Positions 20,542 to 30,678 of a stretch of DNA of 49,647 nt are shown here, piece after piece. Under the pieces are notes generated by a model. It had not been told where the DNA came from. It did no database searches and saw only the letters and a program-made list of their open reading frames with translations. The number at the start of each line of letters is the position of its first letter. Within the stretch, counting starts at the first letter, position 1. Source of the stretch: Mesotaenium endlicherianum (lineage: Eukaryota). Where the stretch lies: assembly GCA_009602735.1 (NCBI GenBank), contig WELA01001035.1, positions 88,751 through 138,397 on the forward strand. The letters are read 5' to 3'. The position numbers and the translations under genes were made by a program.

Positions 20542-23217
20542 TCAAAGCTTTGCTTCATCTCCTGCTTCTGCCTCATTCAAGTTGATACTCTCTGCTTTGG
20601 CAAGCTCGGTGCGACCATCTGGAGCGGCAACCTCCGTTAGACCGTCTGTGTTGGCTGCTTCAGTTCGACCAAGGGAGTCCACAGCCTCTACGTTTGCAAT
20701 CTGTTTTTCGCTTACCTGCTCTTTATCTTCCTTCGCAGGGGCTGCAAGTTGCTGCAAATTGTACTTTGAGAGAGCTTTAAAGTCAGCCACTACACCCATT
20801 ACGCATGTAGTCTGCACAGGAGAAACCGGTAGGACAAAGAAACGGATAGACGAGGGTCAATCCACCATCTGGCACCGGATAGGATATGCAGCACAAGTGT
20901 GCACAGAAGTGAATCATTTACACCTCGTGGATGCAGCGTAGCATATGCGAGAAAGAAGTTGGCACGAGTGAAAACCTTGACAATCTGCAGCAGGATAGTC
21001 CTGTCTGGATTGGAGAGGTCGACCGAGTGGGGAGCGGGCACCAAGCTCGCAACCCCTTTAATGATGTCCATTTTGTCCAGTCCCGCATGCGCTCTGGCCT
21101 CCAGCAGTATTGCAAACTGTAACCCGCGAACGAAAAGAGGACTTTATCACACTGACATTATTACCCGCCCACCCAAAGCTGGCAGTCAAACATTTGCAGA
21201 GGACTTGCATCACGCACGCTGGAGTGAGTGAACGGTGTGGTGTCATCACCCTTTCACTGCTGACAAGTGTGCAAAGTAAGACACGTGACACAGCCACTAG
21301 CCTGAGAGTGCTACCTGCTCACCTTAAGGGGCTTGGCAGCTGCAGCAGGAAAGTGCCGAGCTAGAACAGGAGCGATAGCTTCTTGGATGGCACCAGTGGA
21401 TGCGTACGAGCTGGCCTCCGCAGGAAGCAGCTTCAACGTGTACCTGGCGGCACCCCACGCGCAGCCAAGGAGCACTGCTCTTGCATCATGACCACTGCTG
21501 CGCTCTGCCGTGCAATCCACACGCCTACACGCAGGACCTGGGCCTCCTCCACAGGCTGGTGGTCTTGCGGGTCTTAAGTGGATAGGGAGCAGCAGCCACT
21601 TTTGGAGGGTTGGGACTAGTCACTGAAACCGATGAAGACTTGGAAGCACGCGGCAGAAAAGAAGGTACTAATAACAAGAGGGGGGCCGGGCGCAGTGGAG
21701 GCCGCAGAAGGCTCACCTGGTGCGGGTTCTCCTGGTGGAGGCCACATCCCGCGCAACAGCTTCTGCGAGCTGCGCAGGCCCAGGCCCAGCTGCTCCCTTC
21801 TGCCTCTTCATGCGCACAAAGGTGAGGCCTTTGCAGCCGGTGTCTATGTGAGAGAAGCGTACCTGCCTCCCAACCGGTTCCAAATGGCATCCCCCAGTTT
21901 GGCGTGCTCCTAATGCATGGATTCCGGTTTTGGATTTGATTCGGGTTGGTGTGGGTTTGGGTTGGTTTGGTTTCAAATTCGGGTTTAAGTTTGAGTTCGG
22001 GTTTAGGTTGAGGTGTAAATGGGTTTGAGCGTGGGTATGGGTCTAGGAATAGGTTTAAGCGTGGGTTTGGGTCATAAAGGTTTGGGTCTGAGTTAGGGTT
22101 TGAGTTTTCAGGATGTGAAATAAGAGTGCTTATGCTGCCCTGCAAGCTGGATGCGCACTTGGCACGTTCTACCGTAGCAGAGGGCCAACATAAGCCTCAG
22201 ACTTCATAGAGCTCAACGTCGTTGATGGTGCTGGTGTGCACTTCATCATCCCCTTCCAAGAAACAGCCCGACCCAAAGTTGATCCAGGAGCTGGTGATAC
22301 ACGCGCTGGAACATGCAGCAAAGGACTCGCTCTCACCTTCTGGAGAGTTCGGATGCCTTCCATCTCCTGCTCCAGCAACTTGTCAATGTCCGAACCGCCA
22401 CCTCCCCCTGCTGCAGTATTTGCAGATACACATGCTGGCGCGTCTTGTGCAGCTTCTTTTGCTGCTCCTTCACTTTTCTCTCCCCCACCAACCCCTTCAG
22501 ATCCCCCTGTTTCATTCTCATCTTCCTCGTCCTCCTCATCTTCTTCACTCTCTTCAGTCCCTTCTTCGCCTTCGCCTTGTCCCTCAATTAGACCTTCCTT
22601 AGACTCTTCATCCTTTGCAGTTTCCTTTTGCGTACCAGTTGCCTTCTCCCAGAACTACACCCTCCAAGTATGAACCTTTAAGCTCAGCACTCAAGTGATA
22701 TGCATGTGAAGCCCTGTATTAATAGAGACGTAGAGCTAGTCAGATGTACACTCGAACTGTGCTGTGCATGTTCTCTGAAATATATAAATAGTGAGTGCAA
22801 ATGTGGACTGGCACGAAATACCTCATCGAGGACATTGATGACCTCCCGCGAGCTTGCAAACTCCTTGCCGCTAAAGCATGATATCAGGAAGCCTTCCACT
22901 CCTGGAAAGACTCCAGTCTGACAGTATGGCTTTTTGTGCGCCTGTATCAGTCGAGAAAGGCCCGTGATACCAATTATCACTACGTCAAAGTTTCAAAATT
23001 TGCTGAAGGGCCATGGAGAGCAGAATGCCACTTGCATGTGACAGAACGCAAGTGTCCTTGGTAATGAATGATACAAAGCCACCATTGGCAAACTGGGTGG
23101 CACACATGTACACGATCAAAGGTGATTCAAGCTGTCACATACCCCGAAGTGCTTTTTCTTGCCCCGTTTCGATCTCTTGTTGTCATCTCTTCCTCCACTA
23201 GTGCGTTTCTCTCCCAT
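20542..23217 (-). CDS. THUMPD1: THUMP domain-containing protein 1 / Tan1-like (about 396 aa, 7 exons)
   Basis: Exons 23217-23143, 22941-22822, 22654-22337, 21862-21717, 21443-21323, 21116-20976 and 20811-20542 join in frame. Motifs GVEGFLISC, TGCKGLTFVRM, HSVDLSNPDRTILLQIVK and KYNL, plus an acidic linker. Confidence 0.9.
21924..22112 (+). repeat. Degenerate telomere-like hexamer tract (GGGTTT variants) in THUMP intron 3
   Basis: About 6-nt periodic gggttt/ggttta/gagttt units, including TTAGGGTTT near 22093. Confidence 0.6.
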
Positions 23218-23692
23218 GGATCCTGTCACCGCAATTAGTTGGGATTATGTATATCTTAGAGAGTCTCAAATAGCTGTTCCAGCCCTTGTCTGCAATTCCT
23301 TTCTGAAGACAAATGACCTCGAGTACTTCACTATGTTACCCTTTCAGAAGTGTCAGTCCCCCCTACTCTTGCTACTGGGTGTTGACAGTGTCCAGTTACC
23401 AGTATGACATGCGACTTAGTGACAATCTTGTTCCCGACTTCTGAAGTTCCGCAGAGAGCCGAAGTTACAGTGTGTATAACGACATGAGGGGCCTATATGC
23501 CTGGGAAGGAGGGTCGTGTGCGATGCTTTCGCTGTTCTGCTTCGTTGTCGGACCGTAGCGACGCGCGTGGCAAGGGGCTGTCACGAAGACCGTTCTGACG
23601 GCCGTAGCGACGTCCTGTCAGTGAAGTGTTGATTGGTATCTTCTACAAGGTATTCGGGTAGCTCTCACAGTGCTGTGCGACTCAACTTTTCG

Positions 23693-23833
23693 CTTTCTAG
23701 AAGCTACAAGGCTTATCCCGTGGCCCTCTGCTTTTCGTGTTCTGAACACCGCTAGATATTTAAATTGAAAGTCACGATCTCTTCAAACGCACGAGCGAAA
23801 GCTCGTGACTCTCTTGGGCAAGCTTCTAGAAGC
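23693..23833. promoter_or_regulatory. Heat-shock-element-like motifs in the divergent THUMP/CPN60B promoter
   Basis: TTCtaGAAgcTaC at 23695-23707 and palindrome GCTTCTAGAAGC at 23822-23833, upstream of a chaperonin gene. Confidence 0.5.
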
Positions 23834-24003
23834 AAAGGCGTCCAATTTCCCGTCTGCAGCTTTTTCGGTCCTGCCCCCGCTTACTAAGGTTGCATCACTA
23901 GCCTCCTCTAGTAAGACACATAGGCGCTCGGCACTCAGACTTGTATCGTGCTCTTAGTGACTTCATACGACAGTTAGCCTGTCTGTGCGTCTAATTGGAC
24001 ATC

Positions 24004-27000
24004 ATGGCACACGCCATGGCAGCAGTCACTCTACCTGCTATCGGATCATTTGCACAAAAAGCAATTGCAGACAGGAGCAGCGCGAAAGCATCATGGTTGC
24101 AGCAGAGCGTCGGGTTGAGAGTCTGTCCTGGAGTTACTTCTTTCTCTTCCATCTCCCTAAGAACTGCGAACCGTGCCCCTAAAGTTGGCCGTTCCGGTGG
24201 AGCTCTCACAACCAGTATGGCTAAGGAGCTGTATTTCAACAAGGACGGTTCTGCGCTGAAGAAACTGCAGGTGCCTATTGTGTCCCACCTCAGGTCTAGC
24301 TGATCGCAGTAGGATATGGGAGCTTCTTGATGGGTATCAATGTAAAGTACGTGATAATGCACGTAGATGTATCTGACTTCTTTTCTGATATTGGAAGGGC
24401 CATTTTGTTGGAGGTCTTACTGGGCTCTTCTTGGTTTGCAGATTGGTGTTAACAAGCTGGCAGACCTGGTAGGTGTTACGCTGGGGCCTAAGGGACGCAA
24501 TGTTGTCCTGGAGAGCAAGTATGGATCACCCAAGATTGTGAATGACGGAGTCACCGTTGCGAAGGAGGTGAGTGTCGGCATAACACCATCCCTATTAAGA
24601 CGATTGTCACAGCTGCCCATATTGTGTTTGTTAGACATGCTTGAGCGTCATGATTTTATGAGGATGCAACATTAAGGTTCGGAACATTAAGGCTCGCAAC
24701 ATTAAGGCTCACAACATTAAGGTTAAGGACCTCAACTAGAGAGGACAATTCTCTCTTGCATTGGCCATGGCCTGCATTTATATTTTGAGGGATATGACCT
24801 GCGTAGGTGCAGCAGTAAGCACCGGGGAAGCTGATGGTGTCATTATCCTTCTGTGGAGGACGTAGGTGGAACTTGAAGACCCTGTTGAGAACATTGGCGC
24901 AAAATTGGTCCGACAGGCCGCAGCAAAGACTAATGACTTGGCTGGAGATGGTACCACGACTTCTGTGGTGCTCGCACAGGGTTTGATTGCCGAGGGCATG
25001 AAGGTTAGTTCGTGCCCTTAGTTTTTTCTGTGAGTATGGAGATCAGTTGTCTGCAGATCAAGTAGTGTGCACTTGTATTTTTTTGTCCTCTTCATCTTCT
25101 TTGGAACACTTCTTTCTAAGAAGGTCGTGTGTTCATTTGGCAGGTTGTTGCTGCTGGTGCCAATCCTATCCAAATTACAAGGGGTATTGACAAGACAGTG
25201 TCGGCCCTTGTCAAGGAGCTGCAGGCACTTTCAAAGGAGGTATGTATCACATCAGAACGCATGGTAGGAAGCATGGTAGGAAGCATGGTAGGAAAGGAGA
25301 GTAGTCACCAATATCACTAAGTATACCAGGAAAGTGAGTGTTATTGGGCAGTTTACAGTGTTCACTGGGCAGACAGAGGTTCCCTCAGCAAGCACTGCAA
25401 GTGTTGCAGTTTGGCAGACATTTACCTTCTTCTGAATCATTTTCGAGCTCCTTGTGAGCTCTCTTTTGTAGAGGCTGCTGTAGATTCTGTTGTGTGTGCT
25501 GAAGTTTTACACATGACAGAGGCAGCTCTCTCAACCCCTGTGATGACATATGTGGGGCACACTACTTATTCGTGTATTGTGCCTTCATGCTTTATGCCTA
25601 TTCATGCTTCAAACATGCAGGTAGAGGACAGTGAGCTTGCAGATGTTGCAGCAGTAAGTGCTGGCAACAACTACGAGGTTGGCAACATGATCGCTGAGGC
25701 CATGAGCAAGGTTGGCCGCAAGGGCGTTGTGACCCTGGAGGAGGGGAAGAGTGCTGAGAACAGCCTGTATGTTGTCGAAGGCATGCAGGTAAGCTGCACG
25801 TCTCCATAGGGTCCTACTTTTAGTTAGTGGCTGTATATGTTTTGCTTTCGTTGTAAATGTGAGTAAGGTGCTTGCTGGCTCTTGATCTTTGGATGCAGTC
25901 ACCTTTTGTGGCTCGGTGCCTTTCTTGACCGATGCATCTTTTTTTTTGGTTTTGTTTTCTATAGTTTGACCGCGGTTTCATCTCCCCTTACTTTGTCACC
26001 GACCCAGAGAAGATGTCTGTGGAGTATGACAACTGCAAGGTAAGCTGCTGGCATTCATCTATGAGCTACGTGGCTGAGCTTCTCCCTTCAAGGTGCTTAT
26101 TCAGGGAATTCAGGGAATAGGGGGTAGGGTTAAATGTAGACCTTGTTGAAGTTCTAACAACAGCCGTTCAGTTCATTGACAGTTTAGACATGAGACTCGC
26201 GTCATCCCTTCGACAGAGTTGCAGGCAGTGTGCTCCTGGGTAGTTGTACCTGCCTCAGAAGGTGCAATTTTTGGCAGTCCTTTGTGATGTTACTCCCAGA
26301 CTACCAGAACTGCTAGAACTGTTTGTCAACATTGGTATCATTAATGTACATCCTAACCGCCTAAGCTTTTGGAGGCTCATTGGGAGAGGATATTACGGTT
26401 TTTGTTGTACAAGTGACCTTTGACACCTGGTACACTTGTTTGAACAATACTGGCCAGCATGATAGAAGCTACAATAAGATGCTTAGAAATCAATGTTAGA
26501 ATGAAGGTGCACCCTGAGGAAGGGGGGCATTTGCTAGAGACTTTTGTACAAGGTTGGCCAGTAGAATAGGATCTCTAAGACGAGTATAGATGCAGCTCAA
26601 AACAGAGCAGCTCTTTATGGAAGTAGGGTTTGGGAGCTTTATCTCTAACTTCTTTCATGCAAGTGCAGGTCCTCCTGGTTGACAAAAAGATCACAGCTGC
26701 CCGGGACATCATCAACGTCCTAGAAGATGCAGTGCAAGGTGGCTACCCTCTGCTTATCATCGCCGAGGACATAGAGCAGGAAGCTTTGGCTACACTGGTG
26801 GTGAACAAGCTTAGGGGATCTCTCAAGGTTGCGGCTCTGAAAGCACCTGGCTTTGGTGAGCGCAAGAGCCAGTACTTGGATGACATTGCCATCCTCACGG
26901 GAGGAACTGCCGTCAGAGACGAGGTTGGCTTGTCTCTGGACAAGGTTGGCAGGGAGGTTCTCGGAACAGCGGCCAAGATCGTTCTGACAAAGGACTCCTC

Positions 27001-29046
27001 CACCATTGTTGGCGATGGAAGCACTCAGGATGCTGTCAACGCCAGAGTCAACCAGATCCGCAACCTTATTGAGGTATTTGACTTCACTTTTAGGCATGTC
27101 ATTTGCAAGCCTTCGTGTATGTCCGATGGAGCATGCCAGTTCTGCAACTGGATATGCTGCCTTGTACCATTGACCGCGACAGCGCCTGTTGCGGTTGGAG
27201 AGTTGCAGACTTGTATGGGCCATGCCTCGAGGTGGTTGAATTCAGGATGCACCTTGGAGACATGACTATTATGTTACGTCTTCTAGAGTCTGAGCCATTG
27301 TTTTGTATTGCTGACTGGGCTCTGCAGATCGCGGAGCAGGACTATGAGAAGGAGAAGTTGAACGAGCGCATTGCCAAGCTGTCCGGCGGGGTTGCCATTA
27401 TTCAGGTCCGTAATTTCTTCTTTGTATTTACTGTGTGGTTCCTCATGTCAACAACACAGGTTGATGGATGCAAAGGGTTGTCTATTAAACCCCTCCAAGC
27501 CCCCTGCTTGTCAAATGTGCCTGTATGTCTGACTTGCAAATCACTGTTTTAAGGAGCTTCAGATTGACATGCCTTTGATACTGAAGCAACTCTTGTACCA
27601 ATCTGCAGGTTGGAGCTCAGACAGAGACAGAGCTGAAGGAGAAGAAGCTCCGTGTTGAGGATGCCCTCAACGCGACAAAGGTAAGTTACCATGATTGATA
27701 CTGTGTAAATTGCTCAAGCTAGGATGCGGGAGTAGCTACAGTGTCGTTGCTTACAGGGGGCTTATTTTAGGTGGTCATATCAGGTGTTGTACGTCTCATG
27801 ATGGTTTTGTATGAAGGTCGGGAAATGGGTGACTTAGTCTTTCTTCTCTCTCTGGTGCAGGCTGCAGTGGAGGAGGGCATTGTTGTGGGTGGTGGGTGCA
27901 CACTGCTGCGCCTTTCCACGAAAGTGGATGCTATCAAGGAAACTTTGGATAACGAGGAGCAGAGGGTGAGCAACACATCCGCGTCCCGTATCTCTGAAGT
28001 TTAATGCTATAAAATGTCGAGGATTTTGTGTATGGAGGTCATTTGTCAAAGATAAGTACCGGTTGACCTTCTAAGGTGAAACTTGCGAACTTTACCACTC
28101 ACGAGGATTTCCGTGATGAATGCAAATTCCTCTTGAGCAGGTTGGTGCTGACATTGTCAAGAGAGCTTTGAGCTATCCCTTGAGACTCATCGCCAAGAAC
28201 GCTGGTGTAAATGGCAGTGTGGTCGTTGAGAAGGTTAGTTTCTCCACGCCATACTTCTGCATATGGCAAATTTTTATGTTTCCTTATCAGGATGGCAAAT
28301 GTGATGTTTCTGTTTAAACATGGAGGTACTTTGTGTTTGTAGTTTCTGTTATGTAATTGCTAGGTGGCCATCTAATGCCTGAAATTGTAATGTTTCAGGT
28401 GAAGTCAAACTCGGACCCCAACTATGGATACAACGCTGCTACAGGTGTCTATGAGGACTTGATGAAGGCCGGTATCATTGATCCAGCCAAGGTACATAAC
28501 ATACGTTTCCTTTGTGCACTGTTCCAGTTACAGATGCATGGGACTGAGACAGGTTGTTAGACGGTAGAATTAGTTCCTGTGTTTTTCATCTCATGTAGAA
28601 GTTGGCTAATGTTTGCTGTGGTTTGGTCTTTGTCTGAGTGCAGGTTGTGAGGTGCTGCTTGGAGCACGCAGCTTCGGTGGCCAAGACTTTCTTGACCTCA
28701 GATGTCGTGGTTGTCGACATCAAGGAGCCAGAGCCTGCTGTCACTGCCAACCCCATGGACCAATCTGGTACTGACCTTCTCGACCTTCAGTTTCATTGTT
28801 AAAGCAGTCACGCAATTGGTGGCTGTGTCATTCTGACATTCAGTTTAGCAGAAGACTATCTTTCTCTTGTGAAGTGCTTGCTGGTTGGAATTACATTGCA
28901 ATGCTAAAATTACTCTTGACGTTGCTGGAAAATGGTGGATCACACACACACATACAGATGAAAAGAGTCAAGACAGTGATAGTTGACGATGCGCGTTCCT
29001 AAGTGTGCCAATGTTGTCGTTTGCATGTGCAGGCTATGGATACTAG
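24004..29046 (+). CDS. CPN60B: Plastid chaperonin 60 subunit beta (617 aa, 14 exons) with transit peptide
   Basis: Exons 24004-24270, 24442-24567, 24866-25003, 25144-25239, 25621-25788, 25965-26039, 26669-27073, 27328-27405, 27609-27680, 27861-27965, 28141-28233, 28399-28491, 28644-28767 and 29033-29046 sum to 1854 nt. Motifs [46 protein letters not shown] and C-terminal NPMDQSGYGY (beta type). Ser/Arg/Ala-rich N-terminus. Confidence 0.97.
24667..24724 (+). repeat. 15-bp minisatellite (AACATTAAGGYTCRS, about 3.8 copies) in CPN60B intron 2
   Basis: Directly visible tandem copies. Confidence 0.85.
25260..25294 (+). repeat. 12-bp tandem repeat (CATGGTAGGAAG, about 3 copies) in CPN60B intron 4
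   Basis: Directly visible tandem copies. Confidence 0.85.
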
Positions 29047-30678
29047 AAGGCACTAATGGCCACTAAGATTTGCAGGCAATCAGTAATCATTGTACTTAAT
29101 AAAGTTCACCCGTATTTCAGAATAGCAGAGGGTCCTTAGCACTGCTGGTGAACAGGTTCATTTTAGGTTAAAAAAAAACAGGTACAGGTGCCCTCAAGGG
29201 CAGCTTCAGAGGAAAGAGATTTTGGTCCAGGAGGTCCAACAGGTTCAACATCCTGGTGTTGTAGTTTGACCAGAGGGGACCTAGTTTCAGTGGTGTAATT
29301 GGTATATTATTGAACATCATCGGGCTTTGATCTGTTTGCTTCGTATCCTTCTTCTGAATCTGTGTATTATGCTGCCTGTTTGTAATGATGAGTCCCCAAA
29401 GTTTATGAATCGTATGCAGGTCTTGCATATCATTGAAAAGCTGGTTGCCACATAGTCATGTCGCATCCCAAACTTGCCTGTGTGATCTGGGAAAAGAGCC
29501 GCATGCTAAGTATGGTGGCTGAGAATGACATGAATACAAAGAAAGTAGTTGGTATGAAGACCAGGAACCTGTACATGATACTTAGCAGAAAGCAGAGAAC
29601 CTCCTCTGTGTTGTGGTTGATGTACGGCGTCTCTTATTCCTCTCGTGGTATCAAGTGAAGTTGTATTGAAGTCAAGTTTTGACATGTGTTAACCACTGCT
29701 GGTGCCATGTAAGCTGGTATATAGCATGAGAGCTTGAATTGACAGATGCTGGTATGCAATGTTATGTATTGTAGAATTAAGAAGTAAAGGAAAAATTGCC
29801 GTTCTAATGTCGGAGTATAAATGTTGCTGGGAGATGTATGAAAAGAGAAAGTTACAATTGAGGATCCTGTTCAAAGTACAGAAATTTGACCAACCCGGCC
29901 ATTCGAAGCTTCTTTACATCTCCATTGGTCATTATGCATTGAAGATAGTCGGTTTAGAAGGTATTTTTGATTACCTTGGAGTTGGATGGGATGTGGATGT
30001 ACAAAATGATGACTACGAAAAGCTAACCATGGCTGTGTATCTGAGCTTGGCCGGTGCCTGCCCATACTGACAGGTGAATCTGATCTAAAGCTGAAATTTC
30101 TTCAAGCTGCTCATTGTTGATGGAGTTGATTTGATGGGTTGGCACACTCCCATGCTTGTCTAGCTGAGGCCATGGTCCATGCACATGTCTTTCTAGCTTG
30201 TGCTGTAGTGGAAAGCTCTGGACATTAAAGGTCCTCCCTCACTGAATCATGTGGACCTACTCTTTTGGCACTTGAGATGGTTCACAGGGCAGTAACAAAG
30301 TACTTCTTATATACTCGGATGAAAAAATACTACCTAAGAAGAGAGAGAGGGCAAGAAAAACAATATCAAATTGCTGAATGATTTAATACAATCAGGAGGG
30401 CACGGAAAACCCCGCACACTTTCGCTATGAAGGGTTGGGACACCCGTGCGCCTCAGGCTGGATAGGCAAGCAACTCACATATGTTCATAGCATGCAATAT
30501 GGTAGACAATTAAATAAGTCATACAGTTACTAAACCCAGACCTCTGCTATTTATAACAAGAGACTTGAATCTTGCCTCACTTGAAGTAACAACACATCGG
30601 GATGGTATGCGCAACCTCACATGCTTATTCTTTCCTCTATACAGACATGTGACACCTATTGACATCGAGCGCAATACT

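Noticed and set aside
24667..24724. CRISPR-like appearance of short repeats (also 12562-12675 and 45346-45465)
   Set aside because: Head-to-tail minisatellites without unique spacers, no cas genes, and a eukaryotic intronic or TE context.
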